Below, piece after piece: positions 53,701-64,000 of a stretch of DNA of 64,000 bases. Source of the DNA: Eledone cirrhosa (Eukaryota); contig OZ024742.1 in NCBI GenBank assembly GCA_964016885.1, forward strand, positions 331,452,001-331,516,000, read 5' to 3'. The notes beneath the pieces are model-generated. The model saw only the letters and a list, made by a program, of their open reading frames with translations, ran no database searches and was not told the DNA's origin. Position 1 is the stretch's first letter. Each line of letters starts with the position of its first letter. The translations under genes were made by a program, and so were the position numbers.

Positions 53701-56700
53701 GAGAGGATTTAGTGGCAGTTGGGGTGAACACTGAACACTGAATATTGAATATTGAAGGTTATTTTTGCAGAAGAGAGGATTTAGTGGCAGTTGGGGTGAA
53801 CACTGAACACTGAACACTGAATATTGAAGGTTATTTTTGCAGAAGAGAGGATTTAGTGGCAGTTGGGGTGAACACTGAACACTGAATATTGAATATTGAA
53901 GGTTATTTTTGTCAGAAGAGAGGATTTAGTGGCAGTTGGGGTGAACACTGAACACTGATACCTGAATATTGAAGGTTATTTTTGGCAGAAGAGAGGATTT
54001 AGTGGCAGTTGGGGTGAACACTGAATATTGAAGGTTATCTTTGGCAGAAGAGAGGATTTAGTGGCAGTTGGGGTGAACACTGAACACTGAATATTGAAGG
54101 TTATTTTTGGCAGAAGAGAGGATTTAGTGGCAGTTGGGGTGAACACTGAATATTGAAGGTTATCTTTGGCAGAAGAGAGGATTTAGTGGCAGTTGGGCTG
54201 AACACTGAATATTGAATATTGAAGTTTATTTTTGCAGAAGAGAGGATTTAGTGACAGTTGGGGTGAACACTGAACACTGAATATTGAATATTGAAGGTTA
54301 TTTTTGCAGAAGAGAGGATTTAGTGGCAGTTGGGGTGAACACTGAACACTGAATATTGAATATTGAAGGTTATTTTTGCAGAAGAGAAGATTTAGTGGCA
54401 GTTGGGGTGAACACTGAACACTGAATATTGAATATTGAAGGTTATTTTTGCAGAAGAGAGGATTTAGTGGCAGTTGGGGTGAACAATGAACACTGAACAA
54501 TAATATTGAAGGTTATTTTTGCAGAAGAGAGGATTTAGTGGCAGTTGGGGTGAACACTGAACACTGAATATTGAATATTGAAGGTTATTTTTGGCAGAAG
54601 AGAGGATTTAGTGGCAGTTGGGGTGAACACTGAACACTGATCACTGAATATTGAAGGATATTTTTGGCAGACGAGAGGATTTAGTGGCAGTTGGGGTGAA
54701 CACTGAACACTGAATATTGAATATTGAAGGTTATTTTTGCAGAAGAGAGGATTTAGTGGCAGTTGGGGTGAACACTGAACACTGAATATTGAATATTGAA
54801 GGTTATCTTTGCAGAAGAGAGGATTTAGTGGCAGTTGGGGTGAACACTGAATATTGAAGGTTATCTTTGGCAGAAGAGAGGATTTAGTGGCAGTTGGGGT
54901 GAACACTGAACACTGAATATTGAAGGTTATTTTTGGCAGAAGAGAGGATTTAGTGGCAGTTGGGGTGAACACTGAATATTGAAGGTTATTTTTGGCAGAA
55001 GAGAGGATTTAGTGGCAATTGGGGTGAACACTGAACACTGAATATTGAAGGTTATTTTTGCAGAAGAGAGGATTTAGTGGCAGTTGGGGTGAACACTGAA
55101 CACTGATCACTGAATATTGAAGGTTATTTTTGGCAGACGAGAGGATTTAGTGGCAGTTGGGGTGAACACTGAACACTGAATATTGAATATTGAAGGTTAT
55201 TTTTGCAGAAGAGAGGATTTAGTGGCAGTTGGGGTGAACACTGAACTCTGAATATTGAATATTGAAGGTTATATTTGCAGAAGAGAGGATTTAGTGGCAG
55301 TTGGGGTGAACACTGATCACTGAATATTGAATATTGAAGGTTATTTTTGCAGAAGAGAGGATTTAGTGGCAGTTGGGGTGAACACTGAACACTGAATATT
55401 GAATATTGAAGGTTATTTTTGCAGAAGAGAGGATTTAGTGGCAGTTGGGGTGAACACTGAACACTGAACACTGAATATTGAAGGTTATTTTTGCAGAAGA
55501 GAGGATTTAGTGGCAGTTGGGGTGAACACTGAACACTGAATATTGAATATTGAAGGTTATTTTTGTCAGAAGAGAGGATTTAGTGGCAGTTGGGGTGAAC
55601 ACTGAACACTGATACCTGAATATTGAAGGTTATTTTTGGCAGAAGAGAGGATTTAGTGGCAGTTGGGGTGAACACTGAATATTGAAGGTTATTTTTGGCA
55701 GAAGAGAGGATTTAGTGGCAATTGGGGTGAACACTGAACACTGAATATTGAAGGTTATTTTTGCAGAAGAGAGGATTTAGTGGCAGTTGGGGTGAACACT
55801 GAACACTGATCACTGAATATTGAAGGTTATTTTTGGCAGACGAGAGGATTTAGTGGCAGTTGGGGTGAACACTGAACACCGAATATTGAATATTGAAGGT
55901 TATTTTTGCAGAAGAGAGGATTTAGTGGCAGTTGGGGTGAACACTGAACTCTGAATATTGAATATTGAAGGTTATTTTTGCAGAAGAGAGGATTTAGTGG
56001 CAGTTGGGGTGAACACTGAACACTGAACACTGAATATTGAAGGTTATTTTTGCAGAAGAGAGGATTTAGTGGCAGTTGGGGTGAACACTGAACACTGAAT
56101 ATTGAATATTGAAGGTTATTTTTGTCAGAAGAGAGGATTTAGTGGCAGTTGGGGTGAACACTGAACACTGATACCTGAATATTGAAGGTTATTTTTGGCA
56201 GAAGAGAGGATTTAGTGGCAGTTGGGGTGAACACTGAATATTGAAGGTTATCTTTGGCAGAAGAGAGGATTTAGTGGCAGTTGGGGTGAACACTGAACAC
56301 TGAATATTGAAGGTTATTTTTGGCAGAAGAGAGGATTTAGTGGCAGTTGGGGTGAACACTGAACACTGAATATTGAATATTGAAGGTTATTTTTGGCAGA
56401 AGAGAGGATTTAGTGGCAATTGGGGTGAACACTGAACACTGAATATTGAAGGTTATTTTTGCAGAAGAGAGGATTTAGTGGCAGTTGGGGTGAACACTGA
56501 ACACTGATCACTGAATATTGAAGGTTATTTTTGCAGAAGAGAGGATTTAGTGGCAGTTGGGGTGAACACTGAACACTGAATATTGAATATTGAAGGTTAT
56601 TTTTGTCAGAAGAGAGGATTTAGTGGCAGTTGGGGTGAACACTGAACACTGATACCTGAATATTGAAGGTTATTTTTGGCAGAAGAGAGGATTTAGTGGC

Positions 56701-59700
56701 AGTTGGGGTGAACACTGAATATTGAAGGTTATCTTTGGCAGAAGAGAGGATTTAGTGGCAGTTGGGGTGAACACTGAACACTGAATATTGAAGGTTATTT
56801 TTGGCAGAAGAGAGGATTTAGTGGCAGTTGGGGTGAACACTGAACACTGAATATTGAATATTGAAGGTTATTTTTGGCAGAAGAGAGGATTTAGTGGCAA
56901 TTGGGGTGAACACTGAACACTGAATATTGAAGGTTATTTTTGCAGAAGAGAGGATTTAGTGGCAGTTGGGGTGAACACTGAACACTGATCACTGAATATT
57001 GAAGGTTATTTTTGGCAGACGAGAGGATTTAGTGGCAGTTGGGGTGAACACTGAACACTGAATATTGAATATTGAAGGTTATTTTTGCAGAAGAGAGGAT
57101 TTAGTGGCAGTTGGGGTGAACACTGAACTCTGAATATTGAATATTGAAGGTTATATTTGCAGAAGAGAGGATTTAGTGGCAGTTGGGGTGAACACTGATC
57201 ACTGAATATTGAATATTGAAGGTTATTTTTGCAGAAGAGAGGATTTAGTGGCAGTTGGGGTGAACACTGAACACTGAATATTGAATATTGAAGGTTATTT
57301 TTGCAGAAGAGAGGATTTAGTGGCAGTTGGGGTGAACACTGAACACTGAACACTGAATATTGAAGGTTATTTTTGCAGAAGAGAGGATTTAGTGGCAGTT
57401 GGGGTGAACACTGAACACTGAATATTGAATATTGAAGGTTATTTTTGTCAGAAGAGAGGATTTAGTGGCAGTTGGGGTGAACACTGAACACTGATACCTG
57501 AATATTGAAGGTTATTTTTGGCAGAAGAGAGGATTTAGTGGCAGTTGGGGTGAACACTGAATATTGAAGGTTATTTTTGGCAGAAGAGAGGATTTAGTGG
57601 CAATTGGGGTGAACACTGAACACTGAATATTGAAGGTTATTTTTGCAGAAGAGAGGATTTAGTGGCAGTTGGGGTGAACACTGAACACTGATCACTGAAT
57701 ATTGAAGGTTATTTTTGGCAGACGAGAGGATTTAGTGGCAGTTGGGGTGAACACTGAACACCGAATATTGAATATTGAAGGTTATTTTTGCAGAAGAGAG
57801 GATTTAGTGGCAGTTGGGGTGAACACTGAACTCTGAATATTGAATATTGAAGGTTATTTTTGCAGAAGAGAGGATTTAGTGGCAGTTGGGGTGAACACTG
57901 AACACTGAACACTGAATATTGAAGGTTATTTTTGCAGAAGAGAGGATTTAGTGGCAGTTGGGGTGAACACTGAACACTGAATATTGAATATTGAAGGTTA
58001 TTTTTGTCAGAAGAGAGGATTTAGTGGCAGTTGGGGTGAACACTGAACACTGATACCTGAATATTGAAGGTTATTTTTGGCAGAAGAGAGGATTTAGTGG
58101 CAGTTGGGGTGAACACTGAATATTGAAGGTTATCTTTGGCAGAAGAGAGGATTTAGTGGCAGTTGGGGTGAACACTGAACACTGAATATTGAAGGTTATT
58201 TTTGGCAGAAGAGAGGATTTAGTGGCAGTTGGGGTGAACACTGAATATTGAAGGTTATCTTTGGCAGAAGAGAGGATTTAGTGGCAGTTGGGCTGAACAC
58301 TGAATATTGAATATTGAAGTTTATTTTTGCAGAAGAGAGGATTTAGTGACAGTTGGGGTGAACACTGAACACTGAATATTGAATATTGAAGGTTATTTTT
58401 GCAGAAGAGAGGATTTAGTGGCAGTTGGGGTGAACACTGAACTCTGAATATTGAATATTGAAGGTTATCTTTGCAGAAGAGAGGATTTAGTGGCAGTTGG
58501 GGTGAACACTGATCACTGAATATTGAATATTGAAGGTTATTTTTGCAGAAGAGAGGATTTAGTGGCAGTTGGGGTGAACACTGAACACTGAATATTGAAT
58601 ATTGAAGGTTATTTTTGCAGAAGAGAGGATTTAGTGGCAGTTGGGGTGAACACTGAACACTGAACACTGAATATTGAAGGTTATTTTTGCAGAAGAGAGG
58701 ATTTAGTGGCAGTTGGGGTGAACACTGAACACTGAATATTGAATATTGAAGGTTATTTTTGTCAGAAGAGAGGATTTAGTGGCAGTTGGGGTGAACACTG
58801 AACACTGATACCTGAATATTGAAGGTTATTTTTGGCAGAAGAGAGGATTTAGTGGCAGTTGGGATGAACACTGAATATTGAAGGTTATCTTTGGCAGAAG
58901 AGAGGATTTAGTGGCAGTTGGGGTGAACACTGAACACTGAATATTGAAGGTTATTTTTGGCAGAAGAGAGGATTTAGTGGCAGTTGGGGTGAACACTGAA
59001 TATTGAAGGTTATTTTTGGCAGAAGAGAGGATTTAGTGGCACTTGGGGTGAACACTGAACACTGAATATTGAAGGTTATTTTTGCAGAAGAGAGGATTTA
59101 GTGGCAGTTGGGGTGAACACTGAACACTGATCACTGAATATTGAAGGTTATTTTTGGCAGACGAGAGGATTTAGTGGCAGTTGGGGTGAACACTGAACAC
59201 CGAATATTGAATATTGAAGGTTATTTTTGCAGAAGAGAGGATTTAGTGGCAGTTGGGGTGAACACTGAACTCTGAATATTGAATATTGAAGGTTATCTTT
59301 GCAGAAGAGAGGATTTAGTGGCAGTTGGGGTGAACACTGATCACTGAATATTGAATATTGAAGGTTATTTTTGCAGAAGAGAGGATTTAGTGGCAGTTGG
59401 GGTGAACACTGAACACTGAATATTGAATATTGAAGGTTATTTTTGCAGAAGAGAGGATTTAGTGGCAGTTGGGGTGAACACTGAACACTGAACACTGAAT
59501 ATTGAAGGTTATTTTTGCAGAAGAGAGGATTTAGTGGCAGTTGGGGTGAACACTGAACACTGAATATTGAATATTGAAGGTTATTTTTGTCAGAAGAGAG
59601 GATTTAGTGGCAGTTGGGGTGAACACTGAACACTGATACCTGAATATTGAAGGTTATTTTTGGCAGAAGAGAGGATTTAGTGGCAGTTGGGGTGAACACT

Positions 59701-60850
59701 GAATATTGAAGGTTATCTTTGGCAGAAGAGAGGATTTAGTGGCAGTTGGGGTGAACACTGAACACTGAATATTGAAGGTTATTTTTGGCAGAAGAGAGGA
59801 TTTAGTGGCAGTTGGGGTGAACACTGAATATTGAAGGTTATCTTTGGCAGAAGAGAGGATTTAGTGGCAGTTGGGCTGAACACTGAATATTGAATATTGA
59901 AGTTTATTTTTGCAGAAGAGAGGATTTAGTGACAGTTGGGGTGAACACTGAACACTGAATATTGAATATTGAAGGTTATTTTTGCAGAAGAGAGGATTTA
60001 GTGGCAGTTGGGGTGAACACTGAACACTGAATATTGAATATTGAAGGTTATTTTTGCAGAAGAGAAGATTTAGTGGCAGTTGGGGTGAACACTGAACACT
60101 GAATATTGAATATTGAAGGTTATTTTTGCAGAAGAGAGGATTTAGTGGCAGTTGGGGTGAACAATGAACACTGAACAATAATATTGAAGGTTATTTTTGC
60201 AGAAGAGAGGATTTAGTGGCAGTTGGGGTGAACACTGAACACTGAATATTGAATATTGAAGGTTATTTTTGGCAGAAGAGAGGATTTAGTGGCAGTTGGG
60301 GTGAACACTGAACACTGATCACTGAATATTGAAGGATATTTTTGGCAGACGAGAGGATTTAGTGGCAGTTGGGGTGAACACTGAACACTGAATATTGAAT
60401 ATTGAAGGTTATTTTTGCAGAAGAGAGGATTTAGTGGCAGTTGGGGTGAACACTGAACACTGAATATTGAATATTGAAGGTTATCTTTGCAGAAGAGAGG
60501 ATTTAGTGGCAGTTGGGGTGAACACTGAATATTGAAGGTTATCTTTGGCAGAAGAGAGGATTTAGTGGCAGTTGGGGTGAACACTGAACACTGAATATTG
60601 AAGGTTATTTTTGGCAGAAGAGAGGATTTAGTGGCAGTTGGGGTGAACACTGAATATTGAAGGTTATTTTTGGCAGAAGAGAGGATTTAGTGGCAATTGG
60701 GGTGAACACTGAACACTGAATATTGAAGGTTATTTTTGCAGAAGAGAGGATTTAGTGGCAGTTGGGGTGAACACTGAACACTGATCACTGAATATTGAAG
60801 GTTATTTTTGGCAGACGAGAGGATTTAGTGGCAGTTGGGGTGAACACTGA
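51156..60850 (+). repeat. Segment of about 4 kb repeated at offset 5678 bp (about 51156-55170 vs 56834-60850)
   Basis: ORF pairs 51328/57006, 52031/57709, 52600/58278, 53470/59148, 54183/59861 and 54535/60213 are all offset by 5678. Private variant GGCACTTGG at about 53360 and 59038. Confidence 0.9.
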
Positions 60851-62100
60851 ACACCGAATATTGAATATTGAAGGTTATTTTTGCAGAAGAGAGGATTTAG
60901 TGGCAGTTGGGGTGAACACTGAACTCTGAATATTGAATATTGAAGGTTATCTTTGCAGAAGAGAGGATTTAGTGGCAGTTGGGGTGAACACTGATCACTG
61001 AATATTGAATATTGAAGGTTATTTTTGCAGAAGAGAGGATTTAGTGGCAGTTGGGGTGAACACTGAACACTGAATATTGAATATTGAAGGTTATTTTTGC
61101 AGAAGAGAGGATTTAGTGGCAGTTGGGGTGAACACTGAACACTGAACACTGAATATTGAAGGTTATTTTTGCAGAAGAGAGGATTTAGTGGCAGTTGGGG
61201 TGAACACTGAACACTGAATATTGAATATTGAAGGTTATTTTTGTCAGAAGAGAGGATTTAGTGGCAGTTGGGGTGAACACTGAACACTGATACCTGAATA
61301 TTGAAGGTTATTTTTGGCATAAGAGAGGATTTAGTGGCAGTTGGGGTGAACACTGAATATTGAAGGTTATCTTTGGCAGAAGAGAGGATTTAGTGGCAGT
61401 TGGGGTGAACACTGAACACTGAATATTGAAGGTTATTTTTGGCAGAAGAGAGGATTTAGTGGCAGTTGGGGTGAACACTGAATATTGAAGGTTATCTTTG
61501 GCAGAAGAGAGGATTTAGTGGCAGTTGGGCTGAACACTGAATATTGAATATTGAAGTTTATTTTTGCAGAAGAGAGGATTTAGTGACAGTTGGGGTGAAC
61601 ACTGAACACTGAATATTGAATATTGAAGGTTATTTTTGCAGAAGAGAGGATTTAGTGGCAGTTGGGGTGAACACTGAACACTGAATATTGAATATTGAAG
61701 GTTATTTTTGCAGAAGAGAAGATTTAGTGGCAGTTGGGGTGAACACTGAACACTGAATATTGAATATTGAAGGTTATTTTTGCAGAAGAGAGGATTTAGT
61801 GGCAGTTGGGGTGAACAATGAACACTGAACAATAATATTGAAGGTTATTTTTGCAGAAGAGAGGATTTAGTGGCAGTTGGGGTGAACACTGAACACTGAA
61901 TATTGAATATTGAAGGTTATTTTTGGCAGAAGAGAGGATTTAGTGGCAGTTGGGGTGAACACTGAACACTGATCACTGAATATTGAAGGATATTTTTGGC
62001 AGACGAGAGGATTTAGTGGCAGTTGGGGTGAACACTGAACACTGAATATTGAATATTGAAGGTTATTTTTGCAGAAGAGAGGATTTAGTGGCAGTTGGGG
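59114..62100 (+). repeat. 24-monomer, 1654-bp higher-order repeat
   Basis: ORF pairs 59148/60802, 59861/61515 and 60213/61867 are offset by 1654. I counted 24 monomers from 59114 to 60767 whose lengths sum to 1654. Confidence 0.88.
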
Positions 62101-64000
62101 TGAACACTGAATATTGAAGGTTATCTTTGGCAGAAGAGAGGATTTAGTGGCAGTTGGGGTGAACACTGAATATTGAATATTGAAGTTTATTTTTGAGGAA
62201 GAGAGGATTTAGTGACAGTTGGGGTGAACACTGAACACTGAATATTGAATATTGAAGGTTATTGTTGCAGAAGAGAGGATTTAGTGGCAGTTGGGGTGAA
62301 CACTGAACACTGAATATTGAATATTGAAGGTTATCTTTGCAGAAGAGAGGATTTAGTGGCAGCTGGGGTGAACACTGAATATTGAAGGTTCTCTTTGGCA
62401 GAAGAGAGGATTTAGTGGCAGTTGGGGTGAACACTGAATATTGAATATTGAAGTTTATTTTTGCAGAAGAGAGGATTTAGTGACAGTTGGGGTGAACACT
62501 GAACACTGAATATTGAATATTGAAGGTTATTTTTGCAGAAGAGAGGATTTAGTGGCAGTTGGGGTGAACATTGAACACTGAATATTGAAGGTTATTTTTG
62601 CAGAAGAGAGGATTTAGTGGCAGTTGGGGTGAACACTGAACACTGATCACTGAATATTGAATATTGAAGGTTATTTTTGCAGAAGAGAGGATTTAGTGGC
62701 AGTTGGGGTGAACACTGAACACTGAATATTGAATATTGAAGGTTATTTTTGCAGAAGAGAGGATTTAGTGGCAGTTGGAGTGAACACTGAACACTGAATA
62801 TTGAATATTGAAGGTTATTTTTGCAGAAGAGAGGATTTAGTGGCAGTTGGGGTGAACACTGAACACTGAACACTGAATATTGAAGGTTATTTTTGCAGAA
62901 GAGAGGATTTAGTGGCAGTTGGGGTGAACACTGAACACTGAATATTGAATATTGAAGGTTATTTTTGGCAGAAGAGAGGATTTAGTGGCAGTTGGGGTGA
63001 ACACTGAACACTGAATATTGAAGGTTATTTTTGCAGAAGAGAGGATTTAGTGGCAGTTGGGGTGAACACTGAACACTGATCACTGAATATTGAAGGTTAT
63101 TTTTGGCAGACGAGAGGATTTAGTGGCAGTTGGGGTGAACACTGAACACTGAATATTGAATATTGAAGGTTATTTTTGCAGAAGAGAGGATTTAGTGGCA
63201 GTTGGGGTGAACACTGAACTCTGAATATTGAATATTGAAGGTTATCTTTGCAGAAGAGAGGATTTAGTGGCAGTTGGGGTGAACACTGATCACTGAATAT
63301 TGAATATTGAAGGTTATTTTTGCAGAAGAGAGGATTTAGTGGCAGTTGGGGTGAACACAGAACACTGAATATTGAATATTGAAGGTTATTTTTGCAGAAG
63401 AGAGGATTTAGTGGCAGTTGGAGTGAACACTGAACACTGAATATTGAATATTGAAGGTTATTTTTGCAGAAGAGAGGATTTAGTGGCAGTTGGGGTGAAC
63501 ACTGAACACTGAACACTGAATATTGAAGGTTATTTTTGCAGAAGAGAGGATTTAGTGGCAGTTGGGGTGAACACTGAACACTGAATATTGAATATTGAAG
63601 GTTATTTTTGGCAGAAGAGAGGATTTAGTGGCAGTTGGGGTGAACACTGAACACTGAATATTGAAGGTTATTTTTGCAGAAGAGAGGATTTAGTGGCAGT
63701 TGGGGTGAACACTGAACACTGATCACTGAATATTGAAGGTTATTTTTGGCAGACGAGAGGATTTAGTGGCAGTTGGGGTGAACACTGAACACTGAATATT
63801 GAATATTGAAGGTTATTTTTGCAGAAGAGAGGATTTAGTGGCAGTTGGGGTGAACACTGAACTCTGAATATTGAATATTGAAGGTTATCTTTGCAGAAGA
63901 GAGGATTTAGTGGCAGTTGGGGTGAACACTGATCACTGAATATTGAATATTGAAGGTTATTTTTGCAGAAGAGAGGATTTAGTGGCAGTTGGGGTGAACA

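Larger units (their letters stand above)
1..64000 (+). repeat. Tandem satellite DNA array, about 72-bp monomer (length classes about 59/65-66/72-73/79-80/86 bp), head-to-tail, extends beyond both window ends
   Basis: The core TGAAGGTTATTTTTG(G)CAGAAGAGAGGATTTAGTGGCAGTTGGGG recurs every 59-86 bp from the first to the last line, in one orientation. Copies are separated only by (TGAACAC)n(TGAATAT)m heptamers. No non-repeat sequence seen. Confidence 0.99.
44200..64000 (+). repeat. Satellite domain 4: most homogeneous layer, built from a reduced monomer set (TGATCAC/GCAGACGA, TGAACTC, GATACCTG, TATCTTT, GAAGTTTA/GTGACAG, GGGCTGAA)
   Basis: The earlier markers GGCCGTTGCGG, TAAACAC, TGAATTTT, GCATTTGG and AACGCTG are not seen after about 44.2 kb. 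Identical ORF translations recur at fixed offsets. Confidence 0.82.

Noticed and set aside
4114-63516. Dozens of minus-strand ORFs (60-153 aa) encoding a 24-aa Cys/Pro/Leu/Asn repeat
   Set aside because: They are translations of runs of in-frame 72-bp monomers. The starts I checked are non-ATG codons (GTG/TTG). Frames break at each 7-bp or 1-bp indel, and there are no unique flanking domains and no sign of frame preservation. Not called as CDS.
1-64000. CRISPR-like layout (constant 44-bp repeat plus variable 14-42 bp spacer)
   Set aside because: The spacers are only copies of TGAACAC/TGAATAT rather than unique sequences. The repeat is not palindromic, and no leader or cas genes are present.
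1-64000. Telomere-like words (TTTAGTGG, TTGGGG, occasional TTAGGG at e.g. about 1470, 29055, 31375)
   Set aside because: They are single occurrences per monomer or point variants, never tandem arrays. No support for a telomere or interstitial telomeric repeat.
1-64000. G-quadruplex potential from GGGG runs
   Set aside because: There is only one run of 3 or more G per monomer, about 60-80 bp apart. It does not fit the canonical four-tract short-loop pattern.
1-64000. Heptamers as transcription-factor sites (nGAAn heat-shock elements, steroid-receptor AGAACA-like half sites)
   Set aside because: The GAA units are direct repeats at 7-bp spacing, not the alternating inverted 5-bp units of an HSE. 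TGAACA only partly matches receptor half-sites, and there is no gene context.
1-64000. Hidden transposon insertion, inversion or unique island within the array
   Set aside because: Reading through the window, I found no stretch departing from the monomer by more than a few bases and no reverse-complement monomers. The ORF track contains only satellite-derived minus-strand translations.

Overview
The whole 64-kb window is one uninterrupted, single-orientation tandem satellite array of roughly 900 monomers. I see no genes, RNA genes, transposon insertions, inversions or unique sequence. The commonest monomer is 72 bp (e.g. 2523-2594): TGAACAC TGAACAC TGAATAT TGAATAT TGAAGGT TATTTTTGCAGAAGAGAGGATTTAGTGGCAGTTGGGG. 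It is 37.5% GC, has G:C = 21:6 on the + strand, and has no CpG. Each monomer is a 44-45 bp constant core plus a variable heptamer block, (TGAACAC)1-4(TGAATAT)1-2, so lengths are quantised at about 59, 65/66, 72/73, 79/80 and 86 bp. Diagnostic variants split the array into four sequential domains (about 1-4, 4-19.5, 19.5-44.2 and 44.2-64 kb). These contain nested higher-order repeats and recent multi-kb duplications, with offsets such as 1060, 3215, about 3090, 2114, about 2810, 4635/4845, 5678, 1654, 643, 481 and 478 bp. Several duplication or deletion junctions can be read directly as chimeric monomers fused inside the heptamer block. All ORFs in the track are minus-strand read-through of in-frame 72-bp monomers and are not supported as genes. 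This looks like eukaryotic (peri)centromeric or heterochromatic satellite DNA. I cannot name the organism or the family. I found no evidence of a new protein-coding system; the interest lies in the array's architecture and evolution. All counts and offsets were read by eye or from the ORF track, so boundaries are approximate.
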